A stretch of 37,171 nt of DNA from Octopus bimaculoides (GCF_001194135.2 NC_068981.1:188532687-188569857); one strand, 5' to 3'. Numbered from the stretch's first letter, positions 21,916-33,830 are shown. Numbers and translations are program-made. The notes: a model not told the origin generated them from the sequence alone.

Positions 21916-22579
21916 TTTATCTGCTACAATAACAGATAAATCACCTCAAAATTTCACTCTGTGATCTGAAAACAGGAAGAGTACATTGTAATATATATTA
22001 CCTAAAAAAAAAAACCAGATGGCATAATTGTAGATGGAAGCCATTAACCAAAGTTAAGCATGATCAGGGCTGACTTGAAGTAACTTCAATATTCAGTGAG
22101 AAATTGGTTTCCATTGCAATTTAGCTCCATTTGCTTTTAGTTTGATTAATATGAAGAGATTCTATAATGTCCCAACACTAAATGGATTATACCAGTGTTT
22201 CTCATGGTTGTGATGGTAGCGACTGTGATGGTTGAAAAAAGGTGGTGGAGAAATAGCCATGTTTAATAAAATTAACCCTGTCATGCTGTATTCCCACTAT
22301 AGCAGGAAAAGGTTAAAGCTCATCTCTGCCAGATTCCCAGTAAAGCAATAATGCACAACACTCAGAGGAAAAGAAGATGCAGTTTATTCTGTCCATTAGT
22401 TTGTCTGCAACTATTAATTTTTTGCTCAAGAGCCCTGGTGGAGGGTAAAGTTAGACACAGGGGCTCAGGTGTGAGAGGGTTAAGGTGATTTTAAACACCT
22501 AAAATTTGTACAACACCATGGCAAAGAATTGTATGTAAACTCTATTTTGTTTAAAGTCAAGTGAAATTGAATTTTGGCC

Positions 22580-23160
22580 AATGACCCAGCAAATAAAGCG
22601 AGTCACAGCCATGGCCTATACTGGTGTCACATAATCAGCCCATTTAAAAGTACCCTTGAATCGTGATATGATACACTGCGTTTGAGAAGACCTATTGAGT
22701 CAAGTAAAATCAATCAAAAAATCAAATCAATATTGAAATCAAAATGGAAATTGCAGTTGTGGCCGATGCCGCCTGACTGGTACCCGTGCTGGTGGCACAT
22801 AATAAGCATCATTCAAGCGTGGGTCGATGCCAGTGCCACCTGACAGGCTTCCCATGACAGTGGCATGTAAAAAACACCATCCAAATGTGGCTGATGTCTC
22901 CCCCACCCCGCAACTGGCTCCTGTGCCGGTGGCACATAAAAAGCACCATCTGAACATGGTTGATGCCAGTGCCGCCTAACTGGCTCCCGTTCCAGTGGCA
23001 CGGAAAAAGTACCCACTACACTCTCGGAGTGGTTGGCATTAGGAAGGGCATCCAGCCGTAGAAACCTTCTCAGATCAGATTAGAGCCTGGTACAGCCTAT
23101 TGGCTTGCCGGTCCCCAGTCAAACTGTTCAACCCATGCCAGCATGGAAAACGAATGCTAA
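22580..23160 (+). mobile_element. RTE LINE 3' end with internal ~60-68 bp tandem units
   Basis: tttgagaagacc (end of the ...LEKT coding relic), four related units (22765-23015), then the shared tail ggcattaggaagggcatccagccgtagaaac...acccatgccagcatggaaaa. Confidence 0.75.
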
Positions 23161-23489
23161 AGAGAGGTGAGTAGGGCCAAAAACTTTCAATTGTTTTTGA
23201 AGGGTTGGGGTATTCACCAGTTTGAGAATCACTGAATTAGACTACAATGAGACTTCAGAAAACAGATGTAGAAAATCAAGACCTTTCAAAATACTTGTAT
23301 TTTTTCAGTGTCCCAGAGCTATGTACATGAATTTCAATTGTGATTAGATCTTGAATTCATGGGGTTGGGGAAAAGCTGAACATGCACCTTACTCATTCAG
23401 AGCTTTCTCAGCAAGCTGCATTTCAATAAAACAGTTATCTGGTTAGAATGGGCACGTTAACCAACTTACCCAGTTAAATAATATTAATT

Positions 23490-23940
23490 TTGGATTTTGG
23501 CACAAAACCAACAATCCAGTACATAAAGACCGATGAAATGCCACTAAGCATTTTGCTCGTTGTTCTAAGGATTGACTTTGGATTTTGGTCCAAGGTCAGC
23601 TATTTGTGAGGGGTGGGGAGGAATATACCAATTACATCAACCCCAGTTCTCAGCTTGTACTGGGTTGTCCGGAAAGTTTGTGCCGATTTATAGTAGCTTA
23701 CCTTTTGACTTATTTGCCATGAAACCACCTCAGTTCTGGAAAGAGGGTATTTTCAAGTTAAAGGAAAGATGGAGACACATTGTGCAACAAAATGGTTCAT
23801 ATTTGGTTGATTAAAAATGTAATGGCAAGTATTTATTGACCTGTTTCTTTCCTTTAAAAATCGGCACAAACTTTCCGGACAACCCAATATTTATTTTATT
23901 GCTCTTGAAAGGATAAAGACAAAGATCAACATTGATATCC
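23490..23940 (-). mobile_element. SINE family B, degenerate, interrupted by a mariner MITE
   Basis: ccccagttctcagcttgta...[insert]...tatttattttattgctcttgaaaggataaagacaaag rejoins into the family B core. Confidence 0.6.
23660..23887 (+). mobile_element. Internally deleted mariner element (228 bp) retaining the transposase C-terminus
   Basis: 30-bp TIRs (c/t)tgggttgtccggaaagtttgtgccgattt, 29/30 identical; TA TSD at 23658-59 and 23888-89; 23734-23814 encodes FWKEGIFKLKERWRHIVQQNGSYLVD*, matching the mariner C-terminal pattern F(Y/W)xxGIxxLxxRWxxxxxxxGxY. Confidence 0.92.
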
Positions 23941-23944
23941 ACAG

Positions 23945-24055
23945 ATTATTCTTTTCTACTCTAGGCACAAGGCTAGAAATTTTGGGGAAGAGATCCAGTC
24001 GATTAGATCGACCCAGTACACAACTGGTACTTAATTTATCGACCCCAAAAGGATT
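23945..24055 (-). mobile_element. SINE family B 3' half
   Basis: ttttctactctaggcacaaggc...acccagtacacaactggtacttaatttatcgaccccaaaaggat. Confidence 0.8.
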
Positions 24056-25310
24056 GCCACTGTTTCACTATCGAATTCTTCACAGAAGATAATCATGAAA
24101 TAAATCAATCATATTCCAATGAACATAAAGATGGATGAGATGCTGCTTAGCTTTTTGCCTGGCACACTAAACACTCTGCCACCTTGCCATCTTATCCAGT
24201 TAAGTAATATACCAAATACTTTTGAGTTGTGTTATTTGCCTTTCAACAAAAATGAATTTTAAAGAAGCATTGCTGTCCATATATATTAAAGAAAATATAA
24301 CTGCAACAGCCTCACCAAGAAAGCCTTACCTGTGTGTTAAAAAAAAGCTACCCTAATCAAACAAAGCATTGAGAGCTTCTAGGCTGTAAAAGTTTATTGG
24401 CTGATTTGAATGTGACACTCATGTCTTTGTTTATGCAGTTTTACATTTATTATTGTTTTCATAGAAGATGCCACTGTAAAACTTCTATGTTATGGTTTAG
24501 GATTATTAAAGACAGAATATTGAATAAATATTTTTCTTGCATCAGTATGGTTGTAGCTTTCATCAATCTTTTTATTTTTACTTGAGATGTTTTTTTTTTT
24601 TATTCTTTCTTACAACTATTTCAAAACAACGACAACACTTGATTGTGAAAAATGTAAAACATTGTTTGTCTTGTCAAGTTTCATTATCTTAAACTTTACA
24701 CTGCGTATATGCACTAGAACTGCAGTAATTTTATGGCAGCAAGTCTAATGTATTTGATGCATTCCACTACTGTGCTGCATTTATTAAAAGAAATGTAAAA
24801 AAAGCAAAGAAATTCTTTAAAAGTTTTAACTTTTCCTTTGAAAAGTACCTTTTGAAATGTTCGTCTTATGAGTGCTGATATATTTAAGTTCACTTAGTTT
24901 CCACTGCTGGTATTACAAAATCAATATTTAAGGTAATAATAAACTTCAAAAATTGATTTCTTTTGTCAAAATGTTAGATGAATCAAAAGTTTGGATATAA
25001 AAATCTATGTAGCCATTGATTAAATAGTTCTTAACCGTATAAAAGAAAATACACATTTTTCACAAACATACTTGGAATTATATTTACAGAAGTGTTTACA
25101 AAATACTTTTTATTACTTCTCTTGATATCAAAGTGTTTTTTTTTTATTTCATAGTTTTTTTTTTTTATTTCGTGAAAAATTATTTTGGATTACATCATAG
25201 AATTATTCCAGCATGCTATTACTCTTTAAGTAACAGTGCTTTATATTACGGCAGATCTCGAATAAAATACAAGTACTTTAAAGTAACAGGTGACAGTATA
25301 AGAAATGAAT

Positions 25311-25941
25311 AATCCTTTCTACTCTAGGCACAAGGCCTGAAATTTGTGGGGACTTGGGAGGACAGTCGATTAAATCAGCCCCAGTGATTAACTGGTACTT
25401 GGTTCATCGACCCTGAAAAGATGAAAGGCAAAGTCGACCTTGGCAGAATTTGAACTCAGAATGTAGTAACAGGTGAAATATCACAAAGCATTTCACCCAG
25501 CATGCTAATGATTCGGCCAGCTCATCACCTTCATAATAACAACAACAACAATAATAATAATAATGCTAATAGTAATAATAATAATAATAATTTCTACTTT
25601 TGGTACAAGGTCAGCAATTTTGAGGGTGAAGTGAAAGTTGATTATGCTGACTCCAGTACTCAACTGGTACTTTATTTTATTGACCCTGAAAGAACAAAAC
25701 ACAGTCCACCTCCACAGTATTTGAACCCAAAACGTCAAGAGCTGGAAGGCATGCTGCTGAGTATTTTGTTTCCTGTGAAAAGCAATTCTGCTAATTCACT
25801 GCCATAGTAATAATCCTTTCTACTGTAGGCACAAGGCCTGACACTTGGGGGAGGGGGGGATAGTCAATTACACTGACCCCAGTACTCATCTGGTACTTAT
25901 TTCGTTGACCCCCCCAAAAGAATGAAAAGCAAAGCCAGCCT
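25311..25941 (-). mobile_element. Array of three same-orientation family B SINEs
   Basis: Copies at ~25311-25531, ~25588-25805 and ~25811-25941; an (AAT/AAC)n tract separates copies 1 and 2. Confidence 0.8.
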
Positions 25942-28171
25942 TATGCTGCTATGCATTCTGTCCATTGTGCTAATGATTCTAACAGCTGGCCATTTTAATA
26001 ATAATAACAATAATAATAATAATAATAATAATAATTGCTTCTTCACATTAGGTTGAACTAAAGAATTATACTGCTTTTTAATATGTGATGTTTTCTCAAT
26101 GCTTGTCATGAGATGACTGTTATGTATCACTCTCTCTGATCATATATTAACATCGAGAATGTTAATATGAAATTACAGCCATCATACAGTTGTCTTTTGT
26201 GATTGATGTTCTTTGGTTCATAGTTTCTCATTCCTCTGGCCTATATTCTTTAAATCCATTCACACTACCCTAGTCTCTTGTGTCATAATACAACACAATC
26301 ATTAATTCCAATTTAACTAAGTATCTATTTACTATTTCCAACATACACTTGATTGTAACTAAGCTGATACTTTCCAGTTCAAAATAAAATGTACTACATT
26401 GTAAAGGAAAACGAATACATTATAAATTGGTATCATTTTTCTTTTTTAACTTGGTATTATTTGCCCATCCCTATGTAATTGAACTTACCATCTTTTCACA
26501 ATATCTTTGCACCAATCAATCTAATAATTTTGGCATCGCTTCCTTCTTTTCTTTAAACTGACTCACTTCCCAGATTTACTTGTTTGTACTGAACCAAAGA
26601 ACTGGATTAGCCAGTTAATCTCTTACATTTTGAAAAAGGATTTTGTTACTGTCTTGCTTTTGAAACTTTAGTTGAGAAACTCTTTGATGGAGATTAAAAG
26701 ATTTTGTCACTATTGTTCAGAAAACAGTAAAATCAATCTATTTCTTTCCTTCTAGTATAGGAGCTACAAGACTAGATGTTGTATATGAAACCCTGAAACA
26801 GTAGCGCTTTTAATATCTTTTGAATTATTACAGTTGTTGTTACTTTTTGGTTTTTCCCTCATATTATTTTGAAAAACAAAAGCATTAATATTTCTAATAT
26901 CAGGAGAATATTGATTAGATACAAAAACAATTTCCTTGAAATTTACTCGAGAATATTAAAAAACTAAAAATCAATGATTTGCTAAAATAGTTTGCAAGAA
27001 AATAGTTTATATGGCTTTACAAAATAATTTCAATTAAAATGGAGAATTATTTGAATTTCACTCAAATGACAAGTAGATAAGATATTGTACGTTCCTTATT
27101 TGTGGTTGAAATTCCATAGCTTTTATGTAATATCAACTTCCAAGAATCCATAAAATTATTATATTTCTTTCAGATAGTAATGCCTTAAAAATAAAATAAG
27201 AAACATTCTTGAAAATATTTAGGATAAGGTTGTCAAGATAATATGAATTCCTTTTGACTAGGGCAAAAGCTAATTTTGTAGTCAGGTAGGCATATAACTG
27301 AATTAAGCCCTTATGATTACAAAAGGGATTCTTGATTGCTGAATGGTTTGGTCCACAGTAGAGGAACTACAGCTCAGAAGCAAGAAGGCACAAACTAGTT
27401 AGCAGACAGAATAAGGAAGCGTTTAGTCTGGAACTCTATTACTTTTGCTAACTTCACTGCCCCTTTCTGGATAAACAAAGATGAGGACTTGCTGATTAAA
27501 TCATATTCCTGCAATAAGATTTCAGAAAATGAGTCAGCAGGTACTTTCATGGGTGGGGATTAACGATGAATTCCTAACATTCTCATTTTTTTAATTCCTT
27601 TATCAAAAGTCTTCACTTCTCGTTTTTTCCTCTTAACAAAAAGGAAACCTGATAAAACATTTACGAACGCTAAGCAATGTAATCATCATATAACATTTGA
27701 ATTTCCAGTTAACAATCTAATGAAATATTAACAGTGGTGTAATTATATGCAAGGGAAGACAGCTGTTATGGCTGAAAATCTATTCTTTGTGTAAGAACAT
27801 GCTAAAAAATAAAAAAAAAGTTTTGTCCTTTTTTTTTTTCTTCTGCAAAAACATTTTCTTGACTTTACATTTATGTTTTATCACTGTTTTAGATGTATTT
27901 TATTTTTGATCTTTACATAGTCCTGAAGCTTGAGATTTTAGAAGAGAGAAATGGGAACATAAATTACGAAGGGTTGTTGAAAAAAAAAAAGAATGAATAC
28001 TATAAATAAAAATTAATGGTTCCAGTTGCCGTCAGCAACTTGGTTTACCAAGATCTCTCTGTTACTGTTAACACTAAAATCTAAGCTTATAAATCTACCA
28101 ACAGTTGTATGGCCAGCCTTGCTCAGGTTTATTACTACCTACAATCTATACACTCACATGAATTCACTATA

Positions 28172-28381
28172 TTCTATCTTGCTTCTTTTATCTTTTGCCA
28201 TTCTGGAGCACCACCTTAAAGAATTTTTAGTCAAATGAATTGACCCCACCATTTATATTTTCTTAAAGCCTGGTATTTATTCTATGACTCTTTTGCTAAA
28301 CTGCAAAATTACAAGGATGTAAACATACCAACACTGGTTGTTAAACAGTGGTGTCTGTTTTCATGTCTGTATATGTGGGGA

Positions 28382-28430
<49 letters not shown>
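28172..28430 (-). mobile_element. SINE family A tail half ending in (CA)n
   Basis: gccattctggagcaccaccttaaagaatttttagtcaaatgaattgacccc...gtaaacataccaacactggttg, then (CA)n. Confidence 0.75.
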
Positions 28431-28435
<5 letters not shown>

Positions 28436-29150
28436 AAAATTTCTTTACAAAAATACGAACAACCTTCAATAAGTCTGGAAGCATTTCTTGATTCACTCAC
28501 AATTGTTACTTAAAAACAAGTTGAGCTTCATAAAAGGTGTTATACAAATATAGAACATAAAAGTCTGAAAGCTTATGACAGTCTCCTTGAAAAGCTGTGC
28601 ACGTATGGAAACTTTCAGGTGTCTCAGTGCAAAATTGAGGACTACAACTTGGAACATACATTCATTGAGCTTTCATGCATTGAAGTAATCAAAAATAGTT
28701 GGATAAACTGTGTGAGCAGGTAACCAGGCGGGTATGTGGATACTTAGTCCAAGAAGAGCAGAAAATCTCTATATAATAATAGTCAATACAAATTGGATGA
28801 TTGGGTGGTTAATTTCCATGGCCATGCTTTAGATTGGAGAGAGAGGTGGGTAACATAAGAGATGCAAAATGTGTGTCTTATAACGTTCTGAAAAATACAG
28901 TTTTTAATGAAATTTTGCAGAGATAGGTTTTCGATGGATAGGTTTTCCATGTTTTGCATTCACCTTCTTCTCGAATTTACTCATGATTTCTCTTGTTCTA
29001 GCATCCAGCTTTGTAAATTGTATAGGTTATCTCCAAGCCCAAAGGTTGCTTGAAGATACAAGGCATGCTATCATAACTTACTTATAACTTGCCTTGACTT
29101 CATCTACAATACATGAAACTATTAGTAACTCATAAGTGTACACTTTTTGC

Positions 29151-29152
<2 letters not shown>

Positions 29153-29210
<58 letters not shown>
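29153..29210. repeat. (TA)n microsatellite
   Basis: Direct reading. Confidence 0.95.
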
Positions 29211-29213
<3 letters not shown>

Positions 29214-29829
29214 AACTCTGCTTGTGAAGACCTGTTGAGGCAAGTGAATTGGAATCAAAATCGAATCAAATCCGACGACTGGCACCTATGCCAACCTCTC
29301 CTTCATTGGACACTAAACTCTGCATGCGAAGACCTGTTGGGGCAAGTGAAATCGAAATCACAATTGAACCATATTCGATGACTGGCACTTGTGCCAGTGG
29401 AGCACTAACAGCACCATCTGAGCGTGATCATTGCCAGAGCAGCTGTCTCACTTTTGTGCTAGTAGCACGTAAATAGCACCATTTGAGCGTGATCATTACC
29501 AGCCAGTGGCACACTAGAAAATCATTCGAGTGAGGTCATTGCCAGTGCCACTGAACTGGATCCTGTGCAGGTGGCATGTAGAAAACACCACTTTGAGTGT
29601 GGCTGTAGCCAGTACCGCGTGATTGGCCCTCATGCCGGTGGCACGTAAAAGCACCCACTACACCCTCGGAGTGTTTGACGTTAGGAAGGGCATCCAGCTG
29701 TAGAAACTCTGCTAAATCAGATTGGAGCCTGGTGTAGCCATCTGGTTCACCAGTCCTCAGTCAAATCGTCCAACCCATGCTAGCATGGAAAGCGGACATT
29801 AAACGATGATGATGATGATGATGATGATA
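29211..29829 (+). mobile_element. RTE LINE 3'UTR with internal repeats and (GAT)n tail
   Basis: Duplicated taaactctgc..g.gaagacctgttg.ggcaagtgaa block (29212, 29314), gccagtgcc/gtggcac units, the shared tail and (GAT)n. Confidence 0.8.
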
Positions 29830-29832
29830 GTG

Positions 29833-30025
29833 TATCCAAACAAAGAACAAACAAGAAAAAAGCAACAACACAAGGACGTGGTACAAGTACTGTATTATCA
29901 GATGCTCAGGAAAGGAAGGAAAGAGGATTTAACGTTTCGAGCATTGCTCTTCTTCAGAAATAGAGGAAAGTCCAAAGGAAAGGAAGATGAAGGAAGAAAA
30001 TCGCCGACGATACACACACGGTTAC
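29833..30025 (-). mobile_element. Penelope-like non-autonomous repeat, copy 2 (intact hammerhead core)
   Basis: Collinear with 2405-2612; sits immediately after the (GAT)n tail of the RTE fragment. Confidence 0.7.
29927..29961 (-). ncRNA. Minimal type-I hammerhead ribozyme
   Basis: AUUU [CUGAAGA] A GAGC-AAU-GCUC [GAAA] CGU U / AAAU. The CUGANGA and GAAA core is intact, stem I has 4 bp, stem II has 4 bp, and stem III is the self-complementary AACGUU. Confidence 0.8.
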
Positions 30026-31022
30026 ATATATACATGCACACTCACACACACATATATTAAAATACATTGCATAAAGACACTCTGAAGATTGCATACATAG
30101 TAATCATTTGCCAAATATAGGCAGATAAACAAATTTTAACTTCAGATTAATCCTTAGATTATAATGCAATGAAAAGTTAACAACAATTATAAAAACTAGA
30201 GTAGAGTTTTGTTGTTGCAGTTGTTGTTTTCGTTTTTCATTTTGTAACATTACATATTTTAAAGAATGGATCAGATGAATAAATTCCAGAACAATATTTA
30301 CTCAAGTGAATAACTTAGCAAAAATGATTAAAAAAAAAAGAAAGAAAAAGTTGTAAAAAGAAAACATTTACAGAGAAATAAATATATTGTAGTAGAAGTA
30401 GAAGCAGTTATAATATTGTTACTCTTACAGTTTCAGTTTGTCCATTTATTTAATCATGGATGAACTTCAATTCTTCTTTTCTGGCAATATGCATATTTCA
30501 GTAAAATGTACTTATTGTAATGAGTCTGTGCGTCTGTAAAAGCAACATAAGTAAAGATGCTTGTATGTATGTATTGAATGTGGGAACGACAACAATATTG
30601 AATAAAAGAACAAGATAATATTCATTTTGTAATATATAGAAAATCCAGGAGGGCATGAAAAGTGGTTTTCACATTTCCAGAGAGATTGTGCCATAGTCAT
30701 TCACTTACATGTAATGTATAGATTTATACACAACATAGAGAAAATCAGAACTAAAATAAATATTACAAAGCTTTGCTGTGGATTAATTAAGAAAGTAAAT
30801 GTGTTCTTTCTATGTTGTTGATGTGCAGGAAAAAAGGAGTTTTGTGATGGGCATTGTCACTCACTTTCTTCCTCAATATAGAGCATTGATGAGTTGTTAT
30901 ATGTAGCAGTCAAAAATTAGACTAGCACCATGATGGATAGCCTAATTTGCATATTTGTGCATTTGACTGATTGTCATTAGTTAATGAATATTTATTTATG
31001 CATAACATAGTGTAAAGCAGAA

Positions 31023-31228
31023 GAAATTAAATATATCTATAGCATCATCATCATCGTTTAACGTCCACTTTCCATGCTAGCATGGGTTGGACGATTTGAC
31101 TGAGGACTGGCAAGCCAGAAGGCTGCACCAGGCTCCAATCTGATCTGGCAGAATTTCTACAGCTGGATGCCCTTCCTAATACCAACCACTTCAAAAGTAT
31201 AGTGGGTGCTTTTACATGCCACCAACAC
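31023..31228 (-). mobile_element. RTE-type 3' tail
   Basis: (CAT)n cgtttaacgtccactttccatgctagcatgggttggacgatttgactgaggactgg...; reverse complement of ~29640-29825. Confidence 0.85.
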
Positions 31229-31432
31229 GAGATAATGTTTATTTACATTTATGATAAATATAAATAATTCATGAGAAAAAAATAATTCACATAAAAATAA
31301 TTTGCAAAGATATCATTGACTCTGTTATTAGCTAGTGTAACAATTTATAAAAATAATAACAGAATCAATAATATAGGGGATGGCTGGCCTCCAAAAAAAA
31401 AACATTAAATAGCTGAAGGATTAAAATTAACC

Positions 31433-31553
31433 AAAGGACATACTAAGTATATCTACCTGCTGGAAATAACAGTCAAAACTCTTATTTAAAGGTGATTTAA
31501 ATAAGAGTTTTGACTGTTATTTCCAGCAGGTAGACATATTTAGTATGTCCTTT
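31433..31553. repeat. Foldback palindrome, 58-bp arms and 5-nt loop
   Basis: 31433-31490 is the reverse complement of 31496-31553 at 56/58 positions; loop ggtga. Confidence 0.95.
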
Positions 31554-32340
31554 TATTAATATTATAAATATAGATATTACATAATAAGTTCAATAAGAAA
31601 GTGAACACATTCTTTCTATGCTATTACTGTGTGGATAAATGAAGCTTTACAGTATAATGCTTAAATTTTATTGTATTATCATCATCATTGTCATGTTATG
31701 CAATGCATCATCATCATGCATTTAGTGTCCGTGATGATGAGTACTGGAGTCAATATAATCGACTTACCCCCTCCCCTAAAATTGCTGGCCTTGTGTCAAA
31801 ATTAGAAACCAGTATTTCTTTGTGATTCTAAAAAGCAGATTCTAAAAAATCTCTGATTCTTACTGTCTTAGTACAAATTGACTAGACTGTGTTAGCTGTC
31901 TCTTGTCCATGTTAATCTATGTGCACAAAACATATATCTCATGAGATCATAATACTGTTGATAAGTTTATTAAAGCATATTTCTTTCTTTCTGAGAATTT
32001 GATGCATTACAGAGACATTCTTTCTTACGTTAATGCAGTAAAAATGTTTTATAAGAAATACAGGCACTGACTTGGCTGTGTGGTTAAGAAATTCACTTTG
32101 CAACCACGTATAGTTATCAGTTCAGTCCTACTGTGCAGCAAATTTCTCTGGCTATAATCTTGGGCTGACCAATACCTTGTGAGTAAATCTAATAGAGTGC
32201 AAGCTCATTGTGTGTATCTGTATGTCTGTGTGTAGATAGATAATATTTATATTATCTATATATACATAAATTATGTATATATATTTATATATTTATATAT
32301 ACATAAATACACACACACACATACACACACATACACACAC

Positions 32341-32501
32341 ACAGAGGAGTGGCCATGTGGTAAGTAGCTTGCTTACAAACCACATGGTTCCAGGTTCAGT
32401 CCCACTGTGTGGCACCTTGGGCAAGTGTCTTCTCCTATAGCCTTGGGCTAACCAAAGCCTTGTGAGTGAATTTGGTAGATGGAAACTGAAAGAAGCCTGT
32501 C

Positions 32502-32547
<46 letters not shown>

Positions 32548-32778
32548 GTATGTGTGTGTGTATGTGTGTATCGCTGTGTTTGTTCCCCCACCATCGCTTG
32601 ACAACTTATGTTGGCGTATTTACATCCCTGTAACATAGCAGTTCGGCAAAAAAGACTGATAAAATAAGTACTCGGGTTACAAAGAATAAGTCACGGGGTC
32701 GATTTGTTCGACTGAAGGTGCTGCTCCAGCATGGCCGCAGTCAAAATGACTGAAACAAATAAAAGAATAACAAAAGAA
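32341..32778 (+). mobile_element. SINE family A, full-length
   Basis: Head, (TA)n(TG)n linker and tail ending gactgaaacaaataaaagaataacaaaagaata. Confidence 0.9.
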
Positions 32779-32894
32779 TATATACATACATATATATATA
32801 TTGAGGCTGTATGCAAATTTCTTATGCAAATCCATTTATGTATTTTATTTCGCCCCCCCCTTTCATTTGTACCCAAACACATATTTCATTGTAC

Positions 32895-33225
32895 TTATAG
32901 GACCACTCCATCAGTTACAATGACGAGGGTCCTAGCTGATACGATCAACAGAACAGCTTGCTCATGAAATTAATGTGCAAGTGGCTGAGCACTCCACAGG
33001 CACATGTGTCCTTAACGTAGTTCTCAGGGAGATCCAGCATGACATAGAACGTGACAAGGCTGACCCTTTGAAATACAGGTACTACTCATTTTTGCCAGCT
33101 GAGTGCACTGGAGCAATGTGAAATAAAGTGTCTTGCTCAAGGACACAGCACGTTGCTAGGAATTGAACTCACGACCTTATAATTGTGAGCTGAATGCCCT
33201 AACCACTAAGCCATGCACCTTCACT
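32895..33225 (-). mobile_element. SINE family C (best-preserved copy)
   Basis: Minus-strand head gtgaaggtgcatggcttagtggttagggcattcagctcac...gtgagttcaattcc with A-box and B-box-like motifs. Confidence 0.85.
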
Positions 33226-33271
33226 CATTGTACTATATAATAGATGTAGATGTTGTAGATAGAGAAACATA

Positions 33272-33584
33272 GGCGCAAGAGTGGCTGTGTGGTAAGTAGC
33301 TTGCTTACCAACCACACGGTTCCGGGTCCAGTCCCACTGCGTGGCACCTTGGGCAAGTGTCTTCTACTATAGCCACGGGCCGACCAAAGCCTTGTGAGTG
33401 GATTTGGTAAATGGGAACTGAAAGAAGCCCATNNNNNNNNNNNNNNNNNNNNNNNNNNNNNNNNNNNNNNNNNNNNNNNNNNNNNNNNNNNNNNNNNNNN
33501 NNNNNNNNNNNNNNNNNNNNNNNNNNNNNNNNNNNNNNNNNNNNNNNNNNNNNNNNNNNNNNNNNNNNNNNNNNNNNNNNNNNN

Positions 33585-33619
<35 letters not shown>

Positions 33620-33830
33620 ATGTGTGTTTGTGTGTCTGTGTTTGTCTCCCCACCATCGCTTGACAACCGATGCTGGTGTGTTTACCTCCCCGTAACTTAG
33701 CGGTTCGGCAAAAAGAGACCAATAGAATATGTACTAGGCTTACAAAGAATAAGTCCTGGGGTCGATTTGCTCGACTAAAGGCGGTGCTCCAGCATGGCCG
33801 CAGTCAAATGACTGAAACAAGTAAAAGAGT
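33272..33830 (+). mobile_element. SINE family A, young full-length copy (assembly gap in the linker)
   Basis: ggcgcaagagtggctgtgtgg (A-box-like)...gggtccagtccc (B-box-like)...; N gap at 33433-33584 inside the (TA)n linker; tail ends gactgaaacaagtaaaagagt. Confidence 0.9.

Noticed and set aside
22272-22316. 37-bp segment between two TTAA sites with CC...GG ends (mini piggyBac-like)
   Set aside because: It is too short and single-copy, and its terminal match is only 2-3 bp; this is expected by chance in AT-rich DNA.
22765-23015. CRISPR-like array
   Set aside because: The context is eukaryotic, the units are wholly diverged tandem repeats without unique spacers, and they are embedded in an RTE 3'UTR.
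27400-27540. Protein-like open frames on both strands (LADRIRKRLVWNSITFANF...; EYDLISKSSSLFIQK...)
   Set aside because: The splice signals are weak or ambiguous, I recognise no domain, and the length is within chance expectation.
28450-28800. Very old mariner-like remnant (tacgaacaaccttcaataag end; weak YSPDLAPSDY-like echo on the minus strand)
   Set aside because: No matching second TIR was found and the peptide similarity is too weak.
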